A stretch of DNA of 64,000 nucleotides. Source: an uncultured Chloroflexia bacterium. GTDB taxonomy: Bacteria > Chloroflexota > Dehalococcoidia > DSTF01 > JALHUB01. The translations under genes were made by a program, and so were the position numbers. The stretch is taken from NCBI GenBank assembly GCA_963726245.1, contig CAVSBT010000037.1:139532-203531 (forward strand), given 5' to 3'. The notes below the pieces were generated by a model that ran no database searches, was not told the origin of the DNA, and saw only the letters and a list, made by a program, of their open reading frames with translations. Position 1 is the first letter of the stretch, and each line of letters opens with the position of its first letter. Positions 1 through 10,651 of the stretch are shown here, in pieces.

Positions 1-541
1 GAACCTGTACGGCTACGTGACCGACGCCGTGGTGTGCAACCGCGTCCTGCCGGAGGGCGTCGGCGACGGCTACTTCGCCCGCTGGAAGGAGGCCCAGGCG
101 GGCTACGTGAACCTCATCGACGAGGCCTTTGCGCCGCTGCCCATCCTCAGCGCTCCCCTTCTGCGGGATGAGGCCACGGGACTGGAGGCGCTCCGGGAGG
201 TCGCCGAGCACGTCTTCGGAGGTGACGACCCAACGCGCATCTACTACCCGGCCCTGGCCCACGAGGTGCGGGCGGAGGACGGCGGCTTCGTCCTCAGCCT
301 GGGCGCGCCCTTCGCCACCAAAGACGAGGTATCCCTGGCCCAGCGCGGCGACGAGCTATCGGTGCAGGTGGGGGTCCACCGGCGCAACATCCTTCTGCCG
401 CGCGTCCTCGCCGGCCTTCACGCCGCCAGCGCCCGCGTGGAAGACGGCCGCCTCAACGTCTACTTCCCCCGCGAAGAAGCGGCGGAGCCGCTCCTAGCGC
501 CAATCCAGTTCAAGAGAGACCCTTCGCTCCGCTCAGGGTGA
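1..541 (+). CDS. ArsA/Get3-family ATPase, C-terminal part with HSP20-like domain (5' truncated by window)
   Basis: NLYGYVTDAVVCNRVLP...F..W...Q..Y ArsA-family end, followed by an alpha-crystallin-like tail (GDELSVQVG..RRNILLP..LA...A.VEDGRLNV.F). The stop lies in a REP-like repeat. Confidence 0.85.
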   Translation, partial: NLYGYVTDAVVCNRVLPEGVGDGYFARWKEAQAGYVNLIDEAFAPLPILSAPLLRDEATGLEALREVAEHVFGGDDPTRIYYPALAHEVRAEDGGFVLSLGAPFATKDEVSLAQRGDELSVQVGVHRRNILLPRVLAGLHAASARVEDGRLNVYFPREEAAEPLLAPIQFKRDPSLRSG

Positions 542-575
542 CATAGTTGTCATTCTGAGCGGAGCGAAGAATCCA
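520..575. repeat. Inverted pair of REP-like repeats between convergent genes
   Basis: CTTCGCTCCGCTCAGGGTGACA ... TGTCATTCTGAGCGGAGCGAAGAATC. A related copy GATTCTTCGCTTCGCCCAGAATGAC lies at ~13963-13987. Confidence 0.6.
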
Positions 576-605
576 TCTTCGACCTGGGCCAGCGGTCGCC
601 GCCGC

Positions 606-1530
606 CTAGCCTTCCTTGGGCTTCCGTAGCGGCCACTCGTTCACGAGGTTGGCCGTCACCTGCTTGCTCACGAGCTGGGAGACCAGGTCCACCGTCCATG
701 GCTTCTCCGTCTCCACGGCCGCTATGATCTCCGGCTCGGAGTAGAGGCCGACGTAGCCGGCATGAACGAGGAAGGTGCGGCCGTTGACGTTCGCAGGCCT
801 CATCGGTGCAGAGCCAGGCGACAAAGGGGCCGATCTCCTCCGGCAACTGCTTCTCCAGCTGGGCAAGCATGTTCATGCCCGCCTCGCCAGCGCGCGAGAA
901 GCGGCGGCGCATCTCGTCGCTGAGGGTGAGGCGGGTGGCGGCCAGGGGGCGGATGGCGTTGCAGCGCACGCCGTAGCGGCCCATCTCCCGCGCCACCGTG
1001 CGCGTCATGCCGACGATGCCCTCCTTCGCCGCCGAGTAGTTGGTCTGGCCGGGGTTCCCCAGCCCGGACGTGGAGGAGGTGTTGACGATGACCCCCGGCT
1101 GGCGGGCCTGCCGGAAGTAGACGCAGGCGGCCTGCATCAGGTTGAAGTGGCCCTTGACGTGCACGGCGATGACGTCGTCGAACTCCTCCTCGCTCATGTT
1201 GGCGAGCGTGCGGTCGCGGAGGATGCCGGCGTTGTTGACGACGATGTCCAGCCTGCCGAAGCTGTCGAGGGCCTGCCTGACGAGCTTCTCGCCGGTGGCG
1301 TGCTCGACGACGCTGTCGTAGCTGGCGAGCGCCCGGCCGCCCATCCTCTTGATCTCGTCGACCACCTCGTCGGCAGGGCCCTTGTCGCCGCCGGTGCCGT
1401 CGGTGGCGCCGCCGAAGTCGTTGACGATGACGATGGCGCCCTCAGAGGCGAGCGCCAGCGCCTCGCCCCTGCCGATGCCGCGGCCGGCGCCCGTCACGAT
1501 GGCAACCCTGCCCTTGAGTCTCTCGCCCAC
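606..1530 (-). CDS. Short-chain dehydrogenase/reductase (SDR); one frameshift near 795
   Basis: TGAGRGIG, NNAGI and YSAAK motifs. The C-terminus (NVNGRTFLV.AG.VGLYSEP) continues in ORF 606..866 after a +1 base. Confidence 0.9.
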
Positions 1531-1567
1531 TACTGGTCCCCCTTCTTGAGGTCTGGAGCCGTCCAGG

Positions 1568-4500
1568 CTACCAGGATGTCTTCGACTTGTGACTCGCGAA
1601 CAAGCATGGGTTCACCCAGGATGCACTGTCGCCGCGCCGGCGGTCCGAGCCTTCTACCTCCACCCTTCCCGTCTCCCCCACCACCTGCCGCAGGCGCTCG
1701 ACCAGCTCCTCGCAGGCGCGGGCCGAGGGCAGGGCCAGCTCCACGTCCTGGCCGTCGGACTGGCGGACGCGCAGTCGCACGGGGTCGTCGCCGGGGAAGT
1801 CCCGCAGGCAGGCGACCAGCGCCGCCACGCGGGCGCGGTCGGCCGCCTCGTCGTCCGTCTCCTCCAGCGTGACGCGCAGGACCGTGGGGGAGTGGGGCCC
1901 TATGCCCTCTGCCCTTTGCCCTTTGCCTGCGGCCGCCGTTGCTGCTGGAGCTGCAAGCCCTGGCGCCACGCTTGCCGGCCGCGTGCCAGCCGGACGGCTC
2001 CCCTGGGCCGCCAGCCAGTCGGGGATGGCGAAGGGCGCGCCGCCGCCCGCCTGGTAGAGCGCGACGCGCTGCACGCCCACCGTGAGCCTCTCGCCTCGCT
2101 CGCGGACGCGCACCAGCACGAGCAGGATGTTGCCCTCCATCCACAGCTCGCGCGTCTGCTCGTAGAGGTCGGGCCAGACGGTGACCTCCAGGCTGCCCGA
2201 GAGGTCTTCCATCTCCACGGCCAGGAAGGGGCGGCTGTCGCGGGTGAAGAGAGGCCGCGAGCCGGTGACCAGACCCGCCAGCACCAGCTCTCGACCCGAC
2301 ATCTCCGCCGTCACCTCGCTGCAGACGGCGGTTACGTGGGAGGCCAGGGCGCCGGCGGCGGCGCTGAAGGGGTGCTCGGAGACGTAGACCCCCAGGAGCT
2401 CCTTCTCCCAGGCCAGCATCTCCGACCGGGCCAGCTCCGTCTCCTCCGACTCCGCTTGGCCGGCAGGCAGCCCTGCCTGTCCGGCAGGCAGGTCCAGGGC
2501 GGGCAGAGGAGTGGCGGCGCTCTGGCCGAACATGTCGAACATGGTGGACTGCCCGGACTCGCGCAGCCGCTGCTCGCGCTGGGCGAGGGAGACGATGCGA
2601 TCCAGGTTGGCCAGCAGGGTGGCCCGCCCGTACGAACGGCCGTCGGGGCGCTGTCCCAGGCTGTCGAGGGCGCCCGCCTTCACCAGGCTCTCCAGGGCGC
2701 GCTTGTTGAGGTTTCGAAGGTTGGCGCGGCGGCAGAAGTCCTCGATGGAGGCGAACTCCCGCCCGCCGCCTTCGCCTTCGTCGCGAGCGGCGATGAGGCT
2801 CTCGGCCGCGCCAGCGCCGACGTTCTTGATGAGGGCCAGCCCGAAGCGGATGGCGGTGCGGCCATCGGGGAGGGCCTCCAAGGCAAAGTTGACCTGGCTG
2901 TGGTTGACGTCGGGCGGCAGGATAGGGATGCCGAGCTTGGCGCACTCGGCGACGGCGCTGGCGATGCGCTCGTGGGCGCCCGCCGGGTGATGGGGCGCCA
3001 TCATGAGCACGGCCGTCATGTAGTCGGCCGGGTAGCAGGCCTTCAGGTAGGCCGTCTGGTAGGCGATGGTGGCGTAGCAGTAGGCGTGGGCCTTGTTGAA
3101 GGCGTAGCCGGCGAACGGCAGGATAAGCTCGAAGATCTCGCTGGCCAGCTCCTCACTGTAGCCGCGCGCCTTCGCCCCATCGAGGAAGCGCTGGCGTTCG
3201 GCGCGCATGACCTCAGGGATCTTCTTGCCCATCGCCTTGCGCATGGTGTCGGCGTCGCCCAGGCTGTAGCCAGCGAACTTCTGGGCGATGAGGAGCACCT
3301 GGTCCTGGTAGACGATGACGCCGTAGGTCTCGTCCAGGAGGTCGGACAGGTCCGGGTGCGGGTAGCGGATCTGCTCGTGGCCGTGCTTGGCGCGGCAGTA
3401 GGTGGGGATGTGCTGCATGGGCCCCGGCCGGTAGAGGGCGACCATGGCCGCCAGGTCGCCGATGCCGGTCGGCTTCAGCTCCTGGATGTGACGGCGCATG
3501 CCGGCGCTCTCCAACTGGAATACCCCGAAGGTCTCCCCTTTCGACAGCATCTCGTAGGTGGCGGCGTCCCCGTCGGGCAGGTTCGTCAGGTCCACATCTA
3601 CGCCGTGGGCCTGCCGGATGATCTCCACCGCGCGGTCGAGAATGGTGAGGTTGGTGAGGCCCAGGAGGTCCATCTTCAGCAGCCCGATGGCCGCCACCTG
3701 CTCCATGGCGAACTGGGTCATGGGGATGGCGGCGTCGCCGTCGCTGCTGCGGGCGGGCCTCTGGAGGGGCACGTGCTCCACGAGCGGCTCGCGGGAGATG
3801 ACGACGCCGGCAGCATGAGTGCTGGCGTGGCGAGACAGTCCCTCCAGCTTCTGGGCGGTCTCCACCAGGCGCCGCACCTGCTCGTCCATGTCGTAGAGGG
3901 AGCGCAGCTCCGGGTTCTCGTCCAGGGCGCGCTCTATGGTCATGTGGAGGGCGTTGGGCACGAGGCGGGCGACGCGGTCTGTGTCGGCGTAGCGTAAGGC
4001 CGAGTGCGCGGCCCACGTCCCGGATGGCGGCCTTGGCGCCCATGGTGCCGAAGGTGATGATCTGGGCGACGCGATCATAGCCGTACTTCTCCGCGACATA
4101 GCGGATGACCTCGTCGCGGCGGTCCTCGGCGAAGTCGAGGTCGATGTCCGGCGGCTCGCGGCGCTGGTCGTGCAGGAAGCGTTCGAAGACCAGGCGGGCG
4201 GCCAGGGGGTCGATCTCGGTGACGCCCAGGCAGTAGAGGATGAGGCTGGCGGCGGCGCTGCCGCGTACCCCCATGCCGATGCCCTGTGATCGCGCGAACT
4301 GGGCGATGCCGTTGACCACCAGGATGTAGTTGGTGAAGCCCGTCTTCCGCACCACCTCCAGCTCGTACTGGAGGCGGCGCTCCACGTCCTCGGAGGCGGC
4401 CGGGTAGCGCCGGGCGAGGCCCTCCTGGGTCAGGCGGGCCAGGTGCTCTTCGGAGGAGACGCCGGGCGGCAGGTCGGGCTCCGGCAGGTGCAGGCGGCCG

Positions 4501-5318
4501 AACTCCAGCTCCAGGTCGCAGGCCTGGGCCACCTGCCAGGTGTTGTCGATGGCCTCCGGCAGGTCGGGGAAGAGGGCGCGCATCTCCTCCTCTGACTTCA
4601 GGTAGTAGGAGTCGTCCGACATCCTCATCCGCTTCTCGTCCAGGACGGAGGAGTTGGTGCCGATGCAGAGGAGGATGTCGTGGATGGGGGCGTCCTCCCG
4701 GTAGACGTAGTGGCAGTCGTTCGTAGCCACCAGGGGGATGCCGGTCTCGCGCGAGAGGCTAACCAGGTCGCGGTTGACGGCGGTGACCTCCGGCATGCTG
4801 TGCTCTTGGAGCTCGAGATAGAAGCCGTCGAAGACTTCCTGATACCAGCGGGCCGTCTTCGCCGCCTCCTCATAGCGACCGTCCATCAGCAGGCGGTGCA
4901 CTTCGCTGGAGTTGCAGCCGGAGAGGGCGATGATCCCATCGCTGTGCTGCTGGAAGAGCTCCTTGTCCATGCGCGGCTTGTAGTAGTAGCCCTCCAGGTT
5001 CGCCTTGGTCACCAGGGCCAGCAGGTTGCGATAGCCCTTCAGGTTGCGCGAGAGGAGGGTGATGTGAAAGGACCGCTTGTCGGCGGGCTCGCGGGAGAGG
5101 CGTGAGCCAGGGGCGACGTAGGCCTCGATGCCGATGATCGGCTTGACGCCGCGGGCGCGCGCCTCGCGATAGAAGTCGATGGCGGCGTAGAGGACGCCGT
5201 GGTCGGTGAGGGCGACGGCCTCCTGGCCCAGCTCGCGGGCGCGGTCCATGAGCTGGGGGATGCGGGAGAGGCCGTCCAGCAGGCTGTACTCGGTGTGAAG
5301 GTGAAGGTGGGTGAACAT
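1568..5318 (-). CDS. dnaE: DNA polymerase III alpha subunit; one frameshift near 3993
   Basis: PHP motif HLHLHTEYSLLDG, GRGS-like RGSAAASL and PDIDLDF in ORF 3213..5318. STHAAGVVI, GLLKMDLLGL, GYAFNKAHA and the OB-fold in ORF 1568..4099. The two join at ALGL/YADTD. Confidence 0.97.
2454..2492. repeat. Tandem short palindromic repeat inserted in-frame in dnaE
   Basis: CCTGCCTGTCCGGCAGGCAGG plus a degenerate copy, encoding LPAGQAGLPAGQA. A perfect copy CCTGCCTGCCGGCAGGCAGG is at 16993-17012. Confidence 0.65.
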
Positions 5319-5337
5319 TCGCGCCGCTATCCGGCCT

Positions 5338-5346
5338 ATTCTAGCA
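5338..5346 (-). promoter_or_regulatory. Extended -10 promoter of dnaE
   Basis: TGcTAGAAT on the minus strand ~20 nt upstream of the ATG. Confidence 0.5.
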
Positions 5347-5533
5347 GGCCACGGCAGCAGGCAGGCGAGCGCTTATGTGAATTTGCCGCCGTCGTGAGGG
5401 GCGGGAAAGCGAGGCGGCCAGTGGCGGCGCACAACCCCAGCGTGAACGCTGGGGCATCGGAAGGCGAATCTATGCCCCCGCCTTCAGGCGGGGGTGAAGG
5501 ATTCCCCTACCAACGGTGAGCCAGCATGGCCGC

Positions 5534-5590
5534 GTAGCGGAAGGCTTTAGCCTTCCACAGAGGCCGTGGAGGGCTGAAGCCCTCCTCTAC
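5534..5590. repeat. Inverted doublet of GTAG-type REP elements
   Basis: GTAG-cGGAAGGCT-TT-AGCCTTCC and GGAGGGCT-GA-AGCCCTCC-tCTAC. Relatives at ~9314-9337, 9375-9412 and ~13906-13929. Confidence 0.6.
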
Positions 5591-5642
5591 GCGCGGGGCC
5601 TTCGGAGGAACGGAGGTGTCGTCGCGCCAGAGGCTCGGTTGC

Positions 5643-6152
5643 CTAGTGGCTGTGGACGGGGCTGAGGTAGTGCTCGCGCGCGGCCGAGGGTGAGGCCGCT
5701 CGGGCGCGGTCCTTGGCCTGCACGAAGACACGGAAGATCACGGTGGCGACAAGGGCGGCCAGCCAGGTGTTGAATGCCCCAAGCCAGACCAGCGTCACCG
5801 TGGGGATCCAGTAGACGTAGTGAATGTTGTCCAAGCCCAGGCTGTCGGTATTGAGCATGACCACAAAGGGGAGGATAGCGCCGGCGGCGCCTATGATGCC
5901 CGCCCAGATGGCAGCCCATCGGGCGCGGCCCTGGCCGAAGAAGCACCAGGCGAAGGCCACGAGGTTCAGAAGGGCCGGGAAGAACGTGCCCAGGGCCTGG
6001 TCGCGGACCGCCCAGGGTCCTCCGTTGCCGAGGCTCAGGTCCGTGCCCTCATAGAGGGTCATGCGCGATTGCAGGAACACCGAAAGGGGAACGGTGACCA
6101 CGGGGATCAGGAGCACCCACAGAAACGGACAGAACCACTTACGGAGCCACAT
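5643..6152 (-). CDS. Hypothetical membrane protein (about 4 TM)
   Basis: 169-aa ORF with four hydrophobic stretches and an AGGAAGGG RBS. No family recognised. Confidence 0.65.
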   Translation of the reverse strand: MWLRKWFCPFLWVLLIPVVTVPLSVFLQSRMTLYEGTDLSLGNGGPWAVRDQALGTFFPALLNLVAFAWCFFGQGRARWAAIWAGIIGAAGAILPFVVMLNTDSLGLDNIHYVYWIPTVTLVWLGAFNTWLAALVATVIFRVFVQAKDRARAASPSAAREHYLSPVHSH

Positions 6153-6385
6153 AGTCGCCCTTCCTACATCTCAAGGAGTGCGGCACCATATTAGGGATTA
6201 CGCTGCCCCTGTGGGAGTAGGGTTTACCCCTAATTCCGCCGGGAAAACACCCTACTTCTTAACCATTTGAGTGAAAGACGCCCGCCCATTACTATGGCTG
6301 CGGTCAGCGTCAGGGTGGCGCGAGCCTGCCTAGCTCTGGTGAGGCTGTGGACGTCAACATCCTTGACGCGCGGGGGTAGCACCCA

Positions 6386-8875
6386 TTGGCATCGGACAGG
6401 GCGGCCTTCCTAGACGTGCTCGGAGCGCTGGGCCGGCCCCTCGGCCTCTTGAGGAGGTCGGGGGTCGCTGCGGACCGCACGCGGCCCACGGCCGGCACCT
6501 ATGCCGGCCTCTTCATGGTCTCCCTCAGCACGCTGATGTACGAAGTCCTCCTGACGCGAATATTCAGCGTGACCATGTGGTACCACTTCGCCTTCGTCGC
6601 CATCTCCGTGGCCCTCTTCGGCATGACCGTCGGCGCGTTGCTGGTCCACCTCCTGCCCGAGCGCTTCCCGGACGAAAGGGCCAAGGAGCGGCTCTCGCTG
6701 TTCGCGCTTCTCTTCGGCCTGTCCGTAGTTGTCAGCTTCCTCACCCAGCTCTCGATCCCCTTCAACCCGGAGTGGACACTGGCGGGGATCTACTCAGTCG
6801 GCTTCACCTACCTGGTGACCTCCGTCCCCTTCATATTCAGCGGCGTCTGCGTTTGCCTGGCCCTCACGAAGTTCAGCCGGCAGGTCAGCAAGCTGTATGC
6901 GGCCGACCTGGTGGGCGCGGCCCTGGGCGCCATCCTCCTCCTCCAGCTCCTCAACGTCCTCGATGGCCCGTCCGCCGTGATTGCCATCGCCTCCCTCTGC
7001 TGCCTCGGCGCGGTGCTCTTCGCCCACGATGCCGGCGCGCGTGTCACCATGGGGCTCGCCGCCGCCTCTGCCGCCGTGCTCCTCAGCTTCACCGTCGCCA
7101 ACGCCGTCGCCTACCGGCACCAGGATCCGATCCTGCGACTGACGTGGGTCAAGGGCGAGCAGGAGCAGGCGGGCCTCTACCAGAAATGGAACTCGTTCTC
7201 GCGGATCTTGGTGGGGGGCGACCCGAACATGCCCATCAGGCCCAACTGGGGCGGTATGAGCGTGACGCTGCCGGCCAGCTTCGAGGCGCGCCAGCTCTCC
7301 ATGACCATCGATGCCGGCGCCGGCACGGTCCTCACCCACTACGACGGTGACCCGCGGACCATCGAGCACATGAAGTACCAGGTGGTGAACCTGGCGCACT
7401 ACATCAGGAGCAACGCCGACGTGCTGGTGGTCGGCGTGGGCGGCGGCAGCGACGTGTTGTCGGCGCTGGCCTTCAACCAGCGCTCTGTCACCGGCGTCGA
7501 GATCAATCAGCAGATACTGGACGCCGTCAACAAGGTCTACGGCGACTTCACCGGTCACCTGGACCGCGACCCGCGGGTCCGCTTCGTCAACGACGAGGCG
7601 AGGAGCTACGTCGCCCGCTCCAAGGACAAGTTCGACATCATTCAGATCTCGTTCATCGACACCTGGGCGGCGACGGCGGCAGGGGCCTACGCCCTCTCCG
7701 AGAACTCGCTCTACACCGTCGAAGGGTGGCAGACCTTCCTCGACCACCTAACCCCCGGCGGGGTGCTGACCGTCTCCCGCTGGTACGTCCAGGACCGGCC
7801 GCTGGAGGCCTATCGCCTCACAGCGCTGGCAGCGAAGGTCCTGCGCGACCGGGGCATCGATGACCCGCGCCAGCACGTCTTCCTGGCGGTGGGCCCCGCG
7901 CCGTTCGTCTCTGTGGGCACGATCATCGTCAGCCCAAAGCCGTTCTCGCAGGCGGACCTGGCGACGCTGGAACGCGTCGCAAGCCAGATGCAGTTCGAGG
8001 TGGCGGTGGCGCCGGACCAAACCAGCGACCCCATGTTCGGGGCCATCCTCGAGGCGAAGGACCCGGCTGCCTTCGCCGCCGGCTACTCCTTCGACATCTC
8101 GCCGCCGACTGACAACAGGCCCTTCTTCTTTCAGATGGTCCGGCTTCAAGATGTGTTCAAGAGCGTCTCGGTTTGGGAGGACTACCTCAGGAAGCCGACG
8201 CGGGTCCTCTTCTCGCTGACCATCGCCGTCCTGTCGCTGACTTTGATGGCCATCGTCCTGCCGCTGGCCCTCACCACGAACAGGAAGGCCCTGAAGGGCA
8301 TGCTGCCGTTCTTCGTGTTCTTCTCGGGCATCGGCCTGGGCTTCCTGCTGGTGGAGGTCTCCCAGTTGCAGCGCCTCATCATCTTCCTGGGGCACCCGTC
8401 TTACGCCCTGTCGGTGGTGCTCTTCTCGCTTCTCCTGTCCAGCGGCATCGGCAGCCTGGCGACCCAGCGATTGGGCAACCCGCATCCGCGCCTGTCCACC
8501 CTGTGGCCGTTCGTGCCTCTGCTGGCGCTGCTGGTCGTCTTCGGCTTTGCGACGCCTCTCGCCATCGACCGGTTTGACTCGGCGACGACGCCGGTGCGCA
8601 TCGCAGTGGCCACCGCCATGCTGGTACCCGTCGGCTTCCTGATGGGGATGCCCTTCCCCATTGGGATGAAGATGGCCTCGTTGCGGCCGCAGGCGCCGAC
8701 GGCGTTCCTGTGGGGCATCAACGGCGCCATGTCGGTGTGCGCGTCGGTGCTGGCCGTGCTCATCGCGATGACGTGGGGCGTTTCGACGACGTTCTGGGTG
8801 GGGTGCCTGTGCTACGCCGTCGCCCTCGCGGCGCTCAGCTTCACCGTCAGGGCGGAAGCCCAGCGCCGGGTTTGA
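6386..8875 (+). CDS. Multi-TM spermidine-synthase-like SAM-dependent transferase
   Basis: N-terminal TM bundle (YEVLLTRIFS, LYAADLVGAALG), central VLVVGVGGG.DV / VEIN / DEARSY / ENSLYTVE, then TDNRPFFF and a C-terminal TM bundle (WGING..SV). Confidence 0.85.
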   Translation: MASDRAAFLDVLGALGRPLGLLRRSGVAADRTRPTAGTYAGLFMVSLSTLMYEVLLTRIFSVTMWYHFAFVAISVALFGMTVGALLVHLLPERFPDERAKERLSLFALLFGLSVVVSFLTQLSIPFNPEWTLAGIYSVGFTYLVTSVPFIFSGVCVCLALTKFSRQVSKLYAADLVGAALGAILLLQLLNVLDGPSAVIAIASLCCLGAVLFAHDAGARVTMGLAAASAAVLLSFTVANAVAYRHQDPILRLTWVKGEQEQAGLYQKWNSFSRILVGGDPNMPIRPNWGGMSVTLPASFEARQLSMTIDAGAGTVLTHYDGDPRTIEHMKYQVVNLAHYIRSNADVLVVGVGGGSDVLSALAFNQRSVTGVEINQQILDAVNKVYGDFTGHLDRDPRVRFVNDEARSYVARSKDKFDIIQISFIDTWAATAAGAYALSENSLYTVEGWQTFLDHLTPGGVLTVSRWYVQDRPLEAYRLTALAAKVLRDRGIDDPRQHVFLAVGPAPFVSVGTIIVSPKPFSQADLATLERVASQMQFEVAVAPDQTSDPMFGAILEAKDPAAFAAGYSFDISPPTDNRPFFFQMVRLQDVFKSVSVWEDYLRKPTRVLFSLTIAVLSLTLMAIVLPLALTTNRKALKGMLPFFVFFSGIGLGFLLVEVSQLQRLIIFLGHPSYALSVVLFSLLLSSGIGSLATQRLGNPHPRLSTLWPFVPLLALLVVFGFATPLAIDRFDSATTPVRIAVATAMLVPVGFLMGMPFPIGMKMASLRPQAPTAFLWGINGAMSVCASVLAVLIAMTWGVSTTFWVGCLCYAVALAALSFTVRAEAQRRV

Positions 8876-8954
8876 CCACCCTCAGGAGCGGATGCTAGCA
8901 TTGGATTGCGGCGACCGGGAGCGTTTGTGAGGGGGAAGAAGGTGAGAGGGCCGG

Positions 8955-9233
8955 ATGGTTAAGACAAATAGCCAGGACTTAGAGACGAGGGTGGAGGAGA
9001 CGCTGGATGAGATCCGGCCCTATCTCGAATCCCACGGCGGCGACGTGACGCTGCTGGAGGTCACCCCAGAGAAGGTGGCGAGGCTGCAGCTCCTCGGGGC
9101 CTGCGGCGGCTGCCCGATGAGCGCCATGACCCTCAAGTTTGGCATCGAGCGCCTCCTAGAGGACCGCGTGCCGGAGCTGGCCGGCGTCGAGGCGGTGACC
9201 GCGGACGACTTCGACCCGTCGGCGTACGAGTAG
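8955..9233 (+). CDS. Nfu/NifU C-terminal domain Fe-S scaffold protein
   Basis: IRPYLESHGGDV...LLGACGGCPMSAMTLK.GIE signature. Confidence 0.92.
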   Translation: MVKTNSQDLETRVEETLDEIRPYLESHGGDVTLLEVTPEKVARLQLLGACGGCPMSAMTLKFGIERLLEDRVPELAGVEAVTADDFDPSAYE

Positions 9234-9253
9234 AAACCCTCCCAGCACAACTT

Positions 9254-9281
9254 CGAAGGCCAGGCTCAAGCCTGGCCTTCG
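9254..9281 (+). terminator. Hairpin downstream of the nfu gene
   Basis: CGAAGGCCAGGCT-CA-AGCCTGGCCTTCG perfect stem, without a clear U-tract. Confidence 0.4.
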
Positions 9282-9430
9282 GTGCTTGACGTGATCCGCG
9301 CCTCCTGACGCCCGCAGCGGAGGCCTTTAGGCCTCCACACTCCCGTCATTCGTCCGAAGGCTGGCCTTGGGTCACCTTGCGGACGGAGCTGAAGCTCCGT
9401 CCCTACGTCGCGAAGAAAGGCCCAGCCCCG

Positions 9431-10651
9431 CTACTCTTCCTTGTCCAGCTCGAAGGCGCGATGGAGGGCGCGCACGGCCTGCGGCACCTTCGATTCGCTG
9501 ATGATGCAGGTGATGCGGATCTCGCTGGTGGAGATCATCTCGATGTTGATGCCCTCATCGAAGAGGGTGCGGAACATGCGGGCGGCGTAGCCGGGGGCAG
9601 TGGTCATCCCCGTGCCCACGACGCTCACCTTGCCCAGCTTGTCGTCGGTGACGACCTCGGCGGCGCCGATGCTGCGGGAGGCCTCTTCGACGATCGGCAG
9701 CGCCTTGTGCAGGTCCTTGCGCGACACCGTGAAAGTGACGTCGGTGAGCTGCTCGACGCTGGCGTTCTGGACGATGGTGTCCACCGATACGTGGGCCTCG
9801 GCCAGAGGGTCGAATATGCTGACGGCGATGCCCGGCCGGTCGGGGACGCCCCGGACGGTGATCTTGGCTACGTCCAGGTCCTGCGCGATGCCGCGTACCT
9901 TCTTGAACTGCTCCATGGATACGCCTCCGTGTATCAGCGTGCCCGGCGCCTCCTTGAAGCTGGAAGCCACCAGGATAGGCATGTTGTAGACCGCCCCCAG
10001 CTCGACAGACCGCGCATGCATGACCTTGGCCCCTACGGCGGCCAGCTCCAGCATCTCCTCGTAGCCGATGTCCTTCAGCTTCCGTGCCCTGGGCTCAACG
10101 CGGGGGTCGGTGGTGTAGACGCCTTCGACGTCGGTGTAGATCTCGCAGACCTCAGCGCCGAGGGCGGCGGCCAGGGCCACCGCCGTCGTGTCGGACCCGC
10201 CGCGGCCGAGGGTGGTGACGTCCATCTCGTCCGTGACGCCCTGAAAGCCGGCCACGACGATGATGCGGCCCTGCTTCAGCTCCCGCCGCACGCGCTTCGC
10301 GTCGATGCCCTGGATGCGCGCCTTGCTGTGGACGGCGTCGGTCTTGATGCCGGCCTGGGCCCCCGAGAGGCTGACGGCGTCATAGCCCATCGATTGGAGG
10401 GCCATGGCCATGAGGGTGGTGGACACCGTCTCCCCCGTCGACAGGAGAACGTCCATCTCCCGCTCCGGGGGATGCTCCATGACCTCCTGGGCCAGGGCGA
10501 TGAGCTGGTCGGTGGTCTTGCCCATGGCGGAGACCACCACCAACACGTCGTTCCCCTGATCCTTGCGGCGGGCGACGCGGCGGGCGACGTTCTTGATGAA
10601 CTCGGCGCTGGCAAGGGAGCTGCCGCCGTACTTCTGGACGATGAGTGCCAT
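9431..10651 (-). CDS. lysC: Aspartate kinase (alpha2beta2 type)
   Basis: [43 protein letters not shown] and two ACT domains (ISTSEIRI). In frame with upstream thrB in this sequence. Confidence 0.95.
   Translation of the reverse strand: MALIVQKYGGSSLASAEFIKNVARRVARRKDQGNDVLVVVSAMGKTTDQLIALAQEVMEHPPEREMDVLLSTGETVSTTLMAMALQSMGYDAVSLSGAQAGIKTDAVHSKARIQGIDAKRVRRELKQGRIIVVAGFQGVTDEMDVTTLGRGGSDTTAVALAAALGAEVCEIYTDVEGVYTTDPRVEPRARKLKDIGYEEMLELAAVGAKVMHARSVELGAVYNMPILVASSFKEAPGTLIHGGVSMEQFKKVRGIAQDLDVAKITVRGVPDRPGIAVSIFDPLAEAHVSVDTIVQNASVEQLTDVTFTVSRKDLHKALPIVEEASRSIGAAEVVTDDKLGKVSVVGTGMTTAPGYAARMFRTLFDEGINIEMISTSEIRITCIISESKVPQAVRALHRAFELDKEE

Noticed and set aside
1589-3997. Long antisense ORFs (e.g. 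1589..3997, 9377..10657, 46645..48717)
   Set aside because: These are shadow ORFs of high-GC genes on the opposite strand, with no recognisable motifs.
3985-4000. Frameshift in dnaE as programmed frameshifting or a pseudogene
   Set aside because: There is no slippery site and the gene is essential. Similar single-base indels hit many genes in the window, so sequencing error is the simplest explanation.
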